A stretch of DNA of 64,000 bases from Patescibacteria group bacterium (GCA_041666185.1 JBAYHL010000001.1:153619-217618); one strand, 5' to 3'. Shown: positions 19,905 to 30,407, counted from the stretch's first letter. Made by a program: numbers and translations. The notes: generated by a model not told the origin, from the sequence alone.

Positions 19905-21589
19905 TGACTCACCTCCGGCAATATTGTTGGAGAAATTCCCAAACTAGGTGTTGGACTAGTGATTGGTTCAGGCTCTAGATAGTCAAGCGAAACTTTCAAA
20001 TTACGTTTATAGTTAGGGATTCTTTTTATTGGCCACCATGATGGAAAATAAATTATTTCCGAACCGGTTATGCCATCAATACCACCTAAATAACCTTCGG
20101 CATCCAAACGGTTTTTGCCAAGCAAATTATCTTTGACTTGTTCTGTATCAATTTTAACAGAAACTTTAGCTGAGACTCTTGTGTCCAAGCTCAAAACATT
20201 TTTATCATAATTTTTTTCTTTAATTTGCGGTGAAATAGTATCATTTGGTCCTAAAGAAATCATTTTAGTTGAAGGAATTTGTTTTTCTAAAATTTGCAAA
20301 ACAAATTCATCAAAACCATTTCTCCGAAAAGCCATTTCTCTTAAACGCTCTTTTATTTTCAAAGTAAACTCTTGAGCCTCTGAATCAACTTTAGCTGTAG
20401 AATTTTCTTCAACAACATCTATTTGAATAGCACTATCTAAAACTTCTAAATCTTTTGCTTGACTGGCCATTTCTTTTTTTAACTCGTCTGTTAATTCTTT
20501 GGTTAACTTTTCTTTTGCTTTGTCATAATCCTCTTGTGAAACAACTTGAGCGACCTTCGTAAAACCTCCTGTTAAATCTTTAGCTGACTGACCGTAAATA
20601 AATTCTTGCTGGCTTGCCGCAAGACCTATAATTGTAAAACGACCAGCCTTAACATTATACTCATCACCCGCTTCTTCTGCTTCGATCTCGGCGCTAACCG
20701 TTCCAGCAACCGCTTTACCGTTCTGGACACCAGCCCCCGGAACCGTAACATTATTTTTAAAGACAAATGTTTTTGACGATGATGAAAGTTTTGTACCAGC
20801 TGGAAAATTATGATTACTATTATCCAAATTATTGTAAACCGTAATTGTTCCGTTAGCCTTACCACCTAAATTTTTCGTACCAGTAGTCGTAAACTTTTCT
20901 TCTTTTTCTTTATTTAAATCAATTAGTAGCCCTGAAAAAGTTTTACTTTCTAAGTTCGCGGATTCGATCCCGGAGACTTGAACGTCAACATTTTTTTCAA
21001 AATTTTCTGCACTAACTTTTAATTTGACATTAACTTTTGGCAAAATTAAAAAGGCACCAATTAAAATTAAAAGAAGAACAAGACTTGCCATTGGAATAAG
21101 AATTTTTTTAAGATTTCCTAAACTTGCTTCTTTTTTTATTTTTGGCGGTCGCCAAGCAGTAGTAGTTTCTGTTTTAATTTTTGGTCTGGGTCGATTATCA
21201 CTTTTTTCCTGAAAGTGATGAACGTGAACACCTTTTGGTTTTAATTCTTGAGCAGGTATTTTTGGTGTATCATCTATCTCAATCACCTCTTCTTGGTTTA
21301 TTGCTGGCGGCGCTGGCTGATATATTGGTTGCTGATTTCTAACTGACTCGAACACTTGCAACCCAACTTTTGAAGCTAGGTTTCTACCAATTTTGTCAGA
21401 AGTAATGAGAGCAATTTCTTTACCCAAATTTTTAGCTTCTTTTAAAAGCAATCTCAAATTAACAACACTTTGAAGTAAGGTTGCTTGTCTGGGTACAACT
21501 AAACCAATCTTAGCAACTTTTGATTGCTTAATTTTATCGATTACAGAGGTAATTTCTTCATCTGGTTCTAAATAAAATATTTCGTCCAT
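19901..21589 (-). CDS. single-pass membrane protein with baseplate-J-like external domain
   Basis: N-terminal EEITSVIDKI domain, TM helix, then KANGTITVYN...AEEAGDEYNV...LTGG pattern resembling Baseplate_J-like proteins. Confidence 0.65.
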   Translation of the reverse strand: MDEIFYLEPDEEITSVIDKIKQSKVAKIGLVVPRQATLLQSVVNLRLLLKEAKNLGKEIALITSDKIGRNLASKVGLQVFESVRNQQPIYQPAPPAINQEEVIEIDDTPKIPAQELKPKGVHVHHFQEKSDNRPRPKIKTETTTAWRPPKIKKEASLGNLKKILIPMASLVLLLILIGAFLILPKVNVKLKVSAENFEKNVDVQVSGIESANLESKTFSGLLIDLNKEKEEKFTTTGTKNLGGKANGTITVYNNLDNSNHNFPAGTKLSSSSKTFVFKNNVTVPGAGVQNGKAVAGTVSAEIEAEEAGDEYNVKAGRFTIIGLAASQQEFIYGQSAKDLTGGFTKVAQVVSQEDYDKAKEKLTKELTDELKKEMASQAKDLEVLDSAIQIDVVEENSTAKVDSEAQEFTLKIKERLREMAFRRNGFDEFVLQILEKQIPSTKMISLGPNDTISPQIKEKNYDKNVLSLDTRVSAKVSVKIDTEQVKDNLLGKNRLDAEGYLGGIDGITGSEIIYFPSWWPIKRIPNYKRNLKVSLDYLEPEPITSPTPSLGISPTILPEVSQ

Positions 21590-21592
21590 AAT

Positions 21593-22849
21593 TTACTCTC
21601 TTAAACTTGAAACAATTCGGTTTAAAACATTATCCACAACTGCTTCTTCACCAACAAGGTCAATAGCCAAATTAGCTAAACTCATTGGTGTAATATCCCA
21701 AGGATTTTTAAGTTCTTTGGTCATATCGGCGATATTTTCGACATCTGACGGTTTAATAAAATGAACTGATGGTTTACGAGAAAAAGGTAAATTTTTGTTC
21801 CACTCCGCCTTATTCAAAACCTCTTCGATATCAGGCAACATTGTTCCTCCACCACAAAGAAGAATTCTTGAAGGCAATAAATCGAGTGTTGAAAACTCCT
21901 CTAAGGTTAATTCTACACCTGAAAGCCAGACCTGACAATCAGTTTTTAAAGCATTTTTAACAAATTGCATGTCTTCTGCAGGTAATTCTTTTTTTGAATA
22001 TTTTATTTTCTTTTCCTCTGCCTCTTCAAAAGAACAACCAAAAACTTGAGCAATTCTTTTAGTAAAAGACCTGCCCCCTAAAGCAAACATTTTTGTACCC
22101 TCAACACCGCCAGAACTAACAACAGCAATGTCTGTTGTTCCACCACCAATATCAATAAAAATTGCGCTAAATTCGGCTGATTCTTTTGGCCCAACCGACC
22201 TTGCTAACGCATAAGGATCAGCAACAATTGAAAGCAAATCTAAACCTAACTCGGCAGCAATTGTCTGCAAAGCTCCCAAATGAACAATGGGGGCGAAAGC
22301 ATTAAAAACACCAACTTGAAGTTCGCGACCTTGAAAGCCTAAAGGATTAGTAACTTTGTAGCCATCGATTTTCACATCAACAATAGCGGCATTCACAAGT
22401 TTAACATCAACTTCAGCATGACCTGTCTCCCACGCCAAAATTTGGCGTGCCCTGTCGAAAGAACGTCGTTGAATACGAGAAATTATATCTTTGAGTTCTT
22501 CTAAAGTTATACCTTGCTTAGGATTGGGACGAGTGTATTTAATAGTTGTTGTATTACCTTTAACAAGTTCCCCAGCAATTCCCATGATTACTTGTGTTGG
22601 CATAATTTTTGCCATTTCCGCCGCTCTCTCAAGAGCTTTTTGACAATTTTTAACTACACCGCCAATATCAGTTACCGTTCCACCTTGCATGTCTGAGAGT
22701 CGCTGTTTTTGACGACCCGTGCCTACCACCATGCCCTTACCATCTTCAACTTTAAAAATAAGACATTTAGCAAATTCTGTACCAATATCTAAGGCAACTG
22801 CAAATCTATTTTCAATTTTTTTTGTTCCTAAGAAATCAAATAACCCCAC
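21593..22849 (-). CDS. FtsA-like actin-family ATPase
   Basis: ALDIGT, DIGGGTTD, GG..FT, LCGGG and a 1C-like insert with VTNPLGF. GTG start. Confidence 0.85.
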   Translation of the reverse strand: MGLFDFLGTKKIENRFAVALDIGTEFAKCLIFKVEDGKGMVVGTGRQKQRLSDMQGGTVTDIGGVVKNCQKALERAAEMAKIMPTQVIMGIAGELVKGNTTTIKYTRPNPKQGITLEELKDIISRIQRRSFDRARQILAWETGHAEVDVKLVNAAIVDVKIDGYKVTNPLGFQGRELQVGVFNAFAPIVHLGALQTIAAELGLDLLSIVADPYALARSVGPKESAEFSAIFIDIGGGTTDIAVVSSGGVEGTKMFALGGRSFTKRIAQVFGCSFEEAEEKKIKYSKKELPAEDMQFVKNALKTDCQVWLSGVELTLEEFSTLDLLPSRILLCGGGTMLPDIEEVLNKAEWNKNLPFSRKPSVHFIKPSDVENIADMTKELKNPWDITPMSLANLAIDLVGEEAVVDNVLNRIVSSLRE

Positions 22850-23024
22850 CTTTAACCTCGTCTAATATAAACTTTTTGAAATAATACCTGTTTTTTGTTA
22901 TTAGTTAACGTCAATACAGCAAAAATACGGATCTCTAAATCCCTACATAAATAGTATACCGCAATTTCGGACAAGATACCAAAAACCGCCTCGCAAAAGA
23001 CAGTTTTTTTAAAAATCCTTGATT

Positions 23025-23372
23025 TTAGTTCTCCCTCTCCTCCATACTTTTTTCAAAATCTTCGGTAGGATTTGCTAAATTAAGTTCGTAAAGCCGAACA
23101 GTATCTACATATCGATCACCGGAAACAACAGCAGCTGGTTCTTCGCGTCCCATAGTTGTAATTGTTGTAAAATGATCAATTTCACCACTCACAACCTCAC
23201 CGTTTTTTTTCACAAACACTGGATCGCCAATATTATAACCTGCTAATTCAAATACCTCAGCAGAAATACGTTTTTTATTCTCGAAGTCTGATTCTAATTT
23301 CTCCTGTTTTAAGCTTGCAGCTCGCCAATCCTCTTGTGACAATACTTCACTTGGTCCTTGCTCTGGTCCCAT
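23025..23372 (-). CDS. hypothetical acidic protein
   Basis: ORF with GAGGAGG SD and a downstream hairpin/T run. Confidence 0.7.
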   Translation of the reverse strand: MGPEQGPSEVLSQEDWRAASLKQEKLESDFENKKRISAEVFELAGYNIGDPVFVKKNGEVVSGEIDHFTTITTMGREEPAAVVSGDRYVDTVRLYELNLANPTEDFEKSMEEREN

Positions 23373-23419
23373 TTTGCCTCCTCAAATTTTTTAATTTCAC
23401 CATTGTCTTATACAGTATA

Positions 23420-25138
23420 TTATTCCAAAATTGCTTTAATACGACGTACGCCAGCAGAAGAAGATTCCTCTTTAATAATTTTAAAATGACCTAAAACACC
23501 TGTGGATTTTACGTGCGGCCCACCACAAAGCTCAATACTAAAATCATTTATCTTATAAACTTTAACAGTATCGCCATATTTCGATGGATCAAAAGAAATC
23601 TTGGCAATTTTTAAGGCTTCTTCTTTTGGCATTTCTTGCATCTCAACTGGCAAATCTTTTTGAATTTTTTCGTTTACCAAATTTTCGATTTTTTTAATTT
23701 GTTCGTCGGTTAGTTTTCCTGGAAAATTAAAATCAAAACGTAATCTTTCAGCAGTAATGTTTGAACCTTTTTGATAAATATCCGGCCCTAAAATTTGGCG
23801 TAGGGAAGCGAGTAATAGGTGAGTGGCGGTATGATATTTTGTCTCCATCTCTCCCCCACCTACCAGGCCACCTTTAAACATTCCAGCGGATGCAGTCCGC
23901 GAAAGTTCTTGATGTTCTTTAAAAGCTTTTTCGAAATCCTCACTGCTGACGTTAATTCCATTTTCTTTAGCCAACTCAATCGTCATTTCCCATGGAAAAC
24001 CATAAGTTTGATAAAGATCGAATGCCACTTTACCAGTTAAATTTTCTTTTTGTTTTTCAAATTCTTTAAGACCATTTAATAGTGTATTTCTGAACTTTAT
24101 TTCTTCTTTCTCTAACTCTTCTAAAATCATCTCAACATTAAATTGATATACACCTTCATAAGCCTTAAAAATTTCTTCGGCAATTTTTTCAATAAAATTT
24201 TTGGTTATGTCAACTTGAGTCGCTTTCACGATTGCTCGACGAATTAAACGACGGACAACATAGCCAGCATCTTTATTAGATGGCAAAATTCCATCGTTTA
24301 TAGCAAAAGTAGCCGCTTTAATATGATCAACAATAATACGAAATTCAACAGTAAAATCGTCATATTTTTTACCAGAGATTTTTTCCAATTCTTTAACAAG
24401 AGGCAAAAATAAATCTGTTTTATAATTTTCGTCTTTTTCTTGTAACACTGCTAACAATCTTTCGAAACCCATTCCTGTGTCTACACCTTTAGTCTCCAAA
24501 TCTTGCCAACAATCACCCTTCCACACCATTTCATTAAAAACTAAGTTCCAAACTTCTACGTTATCAATATAGAATTCTACCGTTGGACCACCAGGAGAAT
24601 TTTCCGTGCCCAGTGACCAAAAATTATCTTCGCCCTGTGGTTCTATTCTTTTTAGTCCTTGAATGTTATTTAAAATTTCTTTTGATTCAAGATCGGGACC
24701 TATCGTGATTGCAATACCTTTGTCCGCTTTATCGAAATAAGTGGCATGAATACGATCTTTTGATATCCCCAAAACTTCTGTTAAAAATTCCCAAGCAAAT
24801 TCAATTGCTCCTTTTTTAAAATATGAATTTTGTTTTGCCGGATAACCAAAACTAAAATTACCCAACATCTCTAAAAAAGTATGGTGAGTTTTGTCACCCA
24901 CTTCTTCAATATCACCAGTACGAATACATTTTTGAATCGTAACTACACAACTAGCTGGCGCTTCATTAGGAATCGCATAAAATTTCTTAAATTGCTGCAT
25001 ACCAGCGGTCGTAAATAAAACCGATGAATCATTTTCCGGAATCAAAGAAGCAGATGGGATTAATTTATGCCCACGTTCAACAAAAAACTTAATAAATTTT
25101 TCGCGTAATTGTTTTGAGTCCAAATATTTAGAATCCAT
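23420..25138 (-). CDS. alaS: alanine--tRNA ligase (short form without C-Ala domain)
   Basis: LFTTAGMQ, EMLGNFS, DTGMGFERL and editing motifs HTATHLL / ELCGGPH. Confidence 0.96.
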   Translation of the reverse strand: MDSKYLDSKQLREKFIKFFVERGHKLIPSASLIPENDSSVLFTTAGMQQFKKFYAIPNEAPASCVVTIQKCIRTGDIEEVGDKTHHTFLEMLGNFSFGYPAKQNSYFKKGAIEFAWEFLTEVLGISKDRIHATYFDKADKGIAITIGPDLESKEILNNIQGLKRIEPQGEDNFWSLGTENSPGGPTVEFYIDNVEVWNLVFNEMVWKGDCWQDLETKGVDTGMGFERLLAVLQEKDENYKTDLFLPLVKELEKISGKKYDDFTVEFRIIVDHIKAATFAINDGILPSNKDAGYVVRRLIRRAIVKATQVDITKNFIEKIAEEIFKAYEGVYQFNVEMILEELEKEEIKFRNTLLNGLKEFEKQKENLTGKVAFDLYQTYGFPWEMTIELAKENGINVSSEDFEKAFKEHQELSRTASAGMFKGGLVGGGEMETKYHTATHLLLASLRQILGPDIYQKGSNITAERLRFDFNFPGKLTDEQIKKIENLVNEKIQKDLPVEMQEMPKEEALKIAKISFDPSKYGDTVKVYKINDFSIELCGGPHVKSTGVLGHFKIIKEESSSAGVRRIKAILE

Positions 25139-25143
25139 GAAAA

Positions 25144-25761
25144 TTATCTTCCTAAAATCAACTGCTTAACGAAATCGCCTAAATTAGAAAAACCAATCGA
25201 TACCGGATTTTTCTTTTCTGATTGACTTTGCGAGTACCAGGAACCATAAACTTTATCATACATAGTTTCTGTATTTTTAACTTTTTCAATAAAGAAATTT
25301 GTTTCTGCCGGTAACCCCATCTCGCCATCTTTAAATTTATCCGCTCGGCCAACACCAGCATTATAAGCCGCGCAAATTAAATCGGTGTTACCACTATATT
25401 TATCAGACAAACCTTTTAAATACCATGTGCCGTATTTAATTGAAGTATTAGGATCCGTTAAATCGCCTGTTTTTTCACCCATCTCTTCGGCAATTGAATC
25501 AGCCGTTCCAGGCATAATCTGCATTAAACCAACTGCCCCTACAGACGAAACTGATTTAGGATTGAAACGACTTTCAGTATAAATAACAGCGGCGACAAAA
25601 TTTGGCCTAAGACCTCTTTCTTCGGAGTATTTTTTAATTGCATCTTGATAATCTAAAGGATATAAAAGTTCACCCCAAACACTAGGAAAGAAAAAATAAA
25701 AAGTTGCTATTAAAACAACTGTCACGACACTGGCAATAATAAATTTTGCTAGTCTTCTCAT
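25144..25761 (-). CDS. lytic transglycosylase (SLT domain)
   Basis: TESRFNP, GAVGLMQIMP, AYNAG, N-terminal TM. Confidence 0.92.
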   Translation of the reverse strand: MRRLAKFIIASVVTVVLIATFYFFFPSVWGELLYPLDYQDAIKKYSEERGLRPNFVAAVIYTESRFNPKSVSSVGAVGLMQIMPGTADSIAEEMGEKTGDLTDPNTSIKYGTWYLKGLSDKYSGNTDLICAAYNAGVGRADKFKDGEMGLPAETNFFIEKVKNTETMYDKVYGSWYSQSQSEKKNPVSIGFSNLGDFVKQLILGR

Positions 25762-25806
25762 TTACACCTCAAGATTATTGTAACAAGAAAATGTTTTTAA
25801 AACCAT

Positions 25807-25894
25807 TGGTGCCCGAGGCGAGAGTCGAACTCGCATGAAGTTTTACCCTCAATGGATTTTAAGTCCATCGTGTCTACCATTCCACCACCCGGGC
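25807..25894 (-). tRNA. tRNA-Leu(TAA)
   Basis: Cloverleaf GCCCGGG...CTTAAAA...long variable arm...GTTCGA...CCA. Confidence 0.95.
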
Positions 25895-25936
25895 ATATTT
25901 TAATTTTACCTCAAAACTGATTTTATCTCAAGATGT

Positions 25937-26899
25937 TTACTTCAAAATAATCTCCCACTGTGTATCATGTAATTTTAACTCGGCTTCGATTGTAAACCCA
26001 GCGGCTTTTTTATGGCCTCCGCCGCCAAAAAGTTTAGCAATTTTTCCAATATCTACATTATCTTTTTCAGTACGAAGTGAGGCTCGAATATTTCCTTCTG
26101 GTGTTTCAAAAAATAAAATCGCCGCTTTTGAATCGGGAATCGAATTCATCAAATTAACTACACCGGCTAAATCATAATAAGTTGCGCCGCAATCATCTAA
26201 ATCTTGATGGGTAATAACTGAGGAAACAATTTCTAAATCTTGATTTTTGTGAAGTCTGGAAAGTGTAACACCCCAAAGCCTCAAAGCAGCAATACTTTTA
26301 TTAAGAGCAACATTCTTAGTGATTGTTTTCAATTTTGCTCCATAAGACAAAAGTTCACCAGCAATTTCCAAAGTTTTTGGGCTAGTATTTGAATGCTTGA
26401 AACCACCTGTATCAGTATAAATTCCTGTCAAAATTGCCGTAGCAATATCACGATTGATTTTAATTGGTAATTGTTTGAGCAACCCCCAAACAATCTCGGA
26501 AGCCGAAGAAGCACTCTGGTCAACAATATTAATATTCGCAATCTTCCATAAATCATTTTTTGGATGATGATCAATATTAATAAAATTTTTAAAAGTTTGG
26601 GCAAACTTTTTTAAACGCTCTGGAAAACCAGTTCGTCTTAAATCACCACAATCAATAACAATAATTACTTCATAATCACCAAACAAAACATCTTTTTGAA
26701 TTTTATCAATTTCCGGCAAAAATAAAAAAGGCTTCGGAACTTCATTAATACAAACCATCGAAACCTTCTTACCAAGACTCTTTAAACCCATATAACAAGC
26801 AACTGTTGCCGCAAGAGTATCACCGTCTGGTTCAACATGCACCATTAACAGAAACTTCTCAAAGTTCTTAATTTTAGAGTTAAATTTATCAATTAACAT
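25937..26899 (-). CDS. nrnA: DHH/DHHA1 phosphoesterase (NrnA-like)
   Basis: HVEPDGD, IDHH, TDTGGF, GGGGHKKAAG. Confidence 0.9.
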   Translation of the reverse strand: MLIDKFNSKIKNFEKFLLMVHVEPDGDTLAATVACYMGLKSLGKKVSMVCINEVPKPFLFLPEIDKIQKDVLFGDYEVIIVIDCGDLRRTGFPERLKKFAQTFKNFINIDHHPKNDLWKIANINIVDQSASSASEIVWGLLKQLPIKINRDIATAILTGIYTDTGGFKHSNTSPKTLEIAGELLSYGAKLKTITKNVALNKSIAALRLWGVTLSRLHKNQDLEIVSSVITHQDLDDCGATYYDLAGVVNLMNSIPDSKAAILFFETPEGNIRASLRTEKDNVDIGKIAKLFGGGGHKKAAGFTIEAELKLHDTQWEIILK

Positions 26900-26916
26900 G
26901 ATGGAAGGGACCTAAA

Positions 26917-27393
26917 TTATGCCGAAGGATTGAGAATAATAACTTTTCTCTCTTCAGAAGGCAGGTCATTAAGAATAAATTTAAACTGATCTTGCCCCTC
27001 TGCTTTCATCCCTTCCTCTTTAGTGAAACTTTCTAAATCTTTTTCGTACATTGGAATCACTACTTTTGGATCAATTTGATTAATAACCTCCAAAGCTTGC
27101 TTTGTTTCCGTAAATTCACCACCACCAATACCAATTAACAAAACATCGATACTGTTTAGTTTTTCCAATTCACTATCAGATAAAACCTTGGCTTTCTTAA
27201 TCCAACCAACCATCATTTTTTCTGAAAAAATTTCCATCGTCCCGTCAATAACTTCCATTTGCACCCCCCCAGCTTCATATTCGCCAGGGGTAGTAATTTC
27301 AAGATCACCTAACAAAATCTCTTGACCAATTTTAACAATTTTATTTCTAGTTTTAATAACAAAGTTATCTTTGCCTTGCCAGCTAATTATCAT
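26917..27393 (-). CDS. short metallo-beta-lactamase-fold protein
   Basis: PGEYE, DVLLIGIGG and QIDPKVVIPM. Metal-binding His motifs not evident. Confidence 0.65.
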   Translation of the reverse strand: MIISWQGKDNFVIKTRNKIVKIGQEILLGDLEITTPGEYEAGGVQMEVIDGTMEIFSEKMMVGWIKKAKVLSDSELEKLNSIDVLLIGIGGGEFTETKQALEVINQIDPKVVIPMYEKDLESFTKEEGMKAEGQDQFKFILNDLPSEERKVIILNPSA

Positions 27394-28592
27394 TTATCTC
27401 CTTTTTTTGTTTTTGTGCTAACTGACGAACTTTTTTTAGTAGCTTTTTTAGCAGTTTTTTTTGGTTTTTCTTCTACCGCGTCTTCTTTTTTACTTTCTTT
27501 TTTTGAAACTTTTTTTTCGTCAACAGCTTTTAATGAAAGGCTTAGTTTATGCAGTTCTGGTTCAACTGACATAATTTTGAATTTATAAGACTTGCCTTCT
27601 TCAACAACTTTTCTTGGATCGGTAATTTTTTCACCCAATTCGGAAATGTGAACCAAACCATCAACTTCACCTAATTTAACAAAAGCTCCAAAAGGTGTAA
27701 TTTTAGTTACAACTGCCGAAACATTATCGCCAACCTTACAAGACGAAGCTAGTTTCAACCAAGGATCCGGTTGAAGGCGTTTGAGCGAAAGAGATAATCT
27801 ATTGTCTTCCTTAGAAATAACTTTGACAGTAATTTTTTCACCAACGTTAAACTTACTTTTCAAGTCATCAATGTGTTCCCAAGAGGCTTCCGAAATATGA
27901 ACCAAACCTTCAATCTCATCTGAATCGAAAGTAATTTTAACGAATAAACCAAAATCAACAATACCAGTTATCTCACCTTCAAAATCTTGACCAACTTCAA
28001 TACTCTTCATTTTTTCAAATTGAGCAGTATCTCCCGCGGCTTTTTCTGAAAAAATTAACTTACCAGAATTAGGTTCAAAACTTAATACTTTAACTTGCAA
28101 TGTTTGACCAACTAAAGATTTGAGGCGATTTAAAATTTCATCACGATTACCAGAAGCGACTTTAGGGTAATGAGAGGTTGCTAGTTGCGAAACCGGCAAG
28201 AAACCTTCGTAGTCACCAAATTGGCAAAGTAATCCGCCTTTATTAGCATCTAATACTTTAATTGGCAATGCTTCGCCGGACTCTAGTTTTTCATTAAGAA
28301 TTTTCGAAACTCTTTCTTTGTCGGCGCGCTTAAGTGATAAAATCACGTAGCCGTCATCATTTTCAATTGTTAAAACATAAGCGAGAATTTTGTCACCAAC
28401 CTTAAGATCACCAACTTCTGGTGAAAATTCTTGTTCTGGAATAATCCCCAAATTCAAACCACTTACATCAACAATAACTTTGTTCTTCAAAATTTGCATA
28501 ATTTTGACTTCCGTCAATTCACCATTACGAATAGGCACTAAGCTACTTCCGAGCGAGGTAGCTAAATCTTTCATACTTTCAGTTTTTTTCAT
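27390..28592 (-). CDS. rpsA: 30S ribosomal protein S1 (four S1 domains)
   Basis: Repeated FG.FV...GLVHISE S1 motifs and a Lys-rich tail. Confidence 0.88.
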   Translation of the reverse strand: MKKTESMKDLATSLGSSLVPIRNGELTEVKIMQILKNKVIVDVSGLNLGIIPEQEFSPEVGDLKVGDKILAYVLTIENDDGYVILSLKRADKERVSKILNEKLESGEALPIKVLDANKGGLLCQFGDYEGFLPVSQLATSHYPKVASGNRDEILNRLKSLVGQTLQVKVLSFEPNSGKLIFSEKAAGDTAQFEKMKSIEVGQDFEGEITGIVDFGLFVKITFDSDEIEGLVHISEASWEHIDDLKSKFNVGEKITVKVISKEDNRLSLSLKRLQPDPWLKLASSCKVGDNVSAVVTKITPFGAFVKLGEVDGLVHISELGEKITDPRKVVEEGKSYKFKIMSVEPELHKLSLSLKAVDEKKVSKKESKKEDAVEEKPKKTAKKATKKSSSVSTKTKKGDK

Positions 28593-28670
28593 TTTTTCCT
28601 TTATGCCACTCCTTAAATACTTTTAATTTATAACCCTAAATTTTTCTTAGGGCAGGCCCTTCAATTATAT

Positions 28671-29084
28671 TCAGGGTAAATATTTTTCAAAATTTTTCTT
28701 TTTTTCGTATTCTTTAATTTTTTTCGGTAAAATCATAAATCGATACCAAATAATAGTTATTGCCCAAATCACCATCGCTGCCATCGATACGAAAAAGATG
28801 AACCTGCTACCAATATAAGAAATTTCTTCGTAGCGAAAAAAAAGCAAGAATAACCCTAGAAAACCAGTAAACAATGATAAATTAATAACTTTGGTGTATA
28901 AATTTTTGTAAATTTTATCTATGTTTTTAGCCTTAATAATTAAGGTAAAACCTACAAGAATAAATACAACAAAAATAATCGCTAAATATTTATACAAACC
29001 ATCTGAAGTTGGTGTTGCTTCGAAAAGATAATTCTTTTGAATTAATTTCCCAAAATCAATTTGATTAAAGAAGGCAATATTCAT
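28671..29084 (-). CDS. hypothetical membrane protein
   Basis: Three hydrophobic segments and C-terminal KYLP. Confidence 0.75.
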   Translation of the reverse strand: MNIAFFNQIDFGKLIQKNYLFEATPTSDGLYKYLAIIFVVFILVGFTLIIKAKNIDKIYKNLYTKVINLSLFTGFLGLFLLFFRYEEISYIGSRFIFFVSMAAMVIWAITIIWYRFMILPKKIKEYEKKKNFEKYLP

Positions 29085-29125
29085 TTCGTTTGATACTCCT
29101 TAATCTAAAACTGAGTAAAACGAGG

Positions 29126-29198
29126 TGCCGGATCGCAGAATCGAACTGCGTACACGTTGATTTTCAGTCAACTGCTCTAACCAATGAGCTAATCCGGC
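29126..29198 (-). tRNA. tRNA-Phe(GAA)
   Basis: GCCGGAT...GTTGA-CTGAAAA-TCAAC...GTTCGA. Complete CCA not encoded. Confidence 0.93.
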
Positions 29199-29212
29199 TA
29201 AATTATGTTTTA

Positions 29213-29272
29213 AGAAATACGAAATAAGAACCAAGGTCAGACTTAAATCCTTATCTCTTATCTCATGTTTCT
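29213..29272 (-). other. long periodic hairpin upstream of tRNA-Phe
   Basis: AGAAACATGAGATAAGAGATAAGG...CCTTGGTTCTTATTTCGTATTTCT on the minus strand. Confidence 0.55.
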
Positions 29273-29369
29273 AATATATTTATTTTTGTTAGGAGGTTTA
29301 TATTTTTAGACAAGTTCATATTATCATAAATAAAATGATTAAGCAATAATTTCCTAGTATAATAAAGTT

Positions 29370-30407
29370 ATGAAAAAAAATTGGTTATATTTTTTAGTTT
29401 TTTTGAGTCTTGGGATTTTTATCGGAATAGAATCTTCCGTGAAACCCAGTCAAAATTCAAAAACCAACATCGCACCTACTCCCGCTATTATGCCAGCAAC
29501 AACATCTCTGACAAAAACTCAAGAAACCGAAATGACTTTTACCTTTGCTGGCGATGCTATGTTTGGTCGAGCGGTTTATAACCAATTTGGCAATGATCTC
29601 ACAAAGGCTTTTAGGAATTTAGACAAAAGTCTGTTTAATAGTGATATCAATATCTTAAATTTAGAAGGTCCAATTGTTGAAGAAAAATTTATCCCCGACA
29701 CAACACCAGATAACTTAGTTATGAAATTTCCACCATCAACTAAAGATGCCTTGGGATGGTTAAATATTAATGCCATAAGCCTTGGCAATAATCATACTTT
29801 GGACCAAGGAAACACAGCTTTAGATTTCACTAAAAAAACACTTGCCAATGCTAAAATCACATCCATTGGTGACCAACAAAATAAAAATGAAATTGTTAAA
29901 GTTTTTGAAAAAGAAGATCTTAAAATTGCTATTTTAGCTATTAATTTTTTAACAAATACACCAGACTTGGAAGAAGAAATTAAAAAACAAAAAAATGATA
30001 ATGCTTTTGTGATTATTTTTCCTCATTGGGGCAACGAATATCAATCAACTCATAACAAAACGCAGGAAAAACTTGCTCGTAATTGGATTGACGAAGGAGC
30101 CGACTTAATTATTGGTTCACACCCTCACGTCGTTCAGGATGCTGAAATTTACAAAGAAAAACCAATTTTTTATTCTCTTGGTAATTTTCTTTTTGACCAA
30201 ACTTTTTCCAAAGAAACTCAAAGAAGCCTTGTGATTAAAGGTAAAATTAAGGGTAATAAATTAACTTTAGAACTAATTCCTCTCGGAAGCTTACATCTTA
30301 GACTGTATGTTTTAGAAGATAATGAAAAAGAACAAATTATAAAAATTTTTGAAAAAACATTTAAAAATCAAATAAATAATAGTTTAATCGAACTTAATAT
30401 TAATTAG
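29370..30407 (+). CDS. CapA/PGA_cap family metallophosphoesterase
   Basis: AGDAM, NLEGP, GNNHTLD, HWGNEY, GSHPHV, YSLGNFLFDQ. Confidence 0.92.
   Translation: MKKNWLYFLVFLSLGIFIGIESSVKPSQNSKTNIAPTPAIMPATTSLTKTQETEMTFTFAGDAMFGRAVYNQFGNDLTKAFRNLDKSLFNSDINILNLEGPIVEEKFIPDTTPDNLVMKFPPSTKDALGWLNINAISLGNNHTLDQGNTALDFTKKTLANAKITSIGDQQNKNEIVKVFEKEDLKIAILAINFLTNTPDLEEEIKKQKNDNAFVIIFPHWGNEYQSTHNKTQEKLARNWIDEGADLIIGSHPHVVQDAEIYKEKPIFYSLGNFLFDQTFSKETQRSLVIKGKIKGNKLTLELIPLGSLHLRLYVLEDNEKEQIIKIFEKTFKNQINNSLIELNIN

Noticed and set aside
19901-21589. Prophage or contractile injection system suggested by the baseplate-J-like domain
   Set aside because: No sheath, tube, capsid, terminase or integrase gene is nearby, and the gene sits in a housekeeping operon.
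11649-25138. Class I LysRS and short AlaRS as novelties
   Set aside because: Both are known variants in reduced bacterial lineages and were used only as taxonomic hints.
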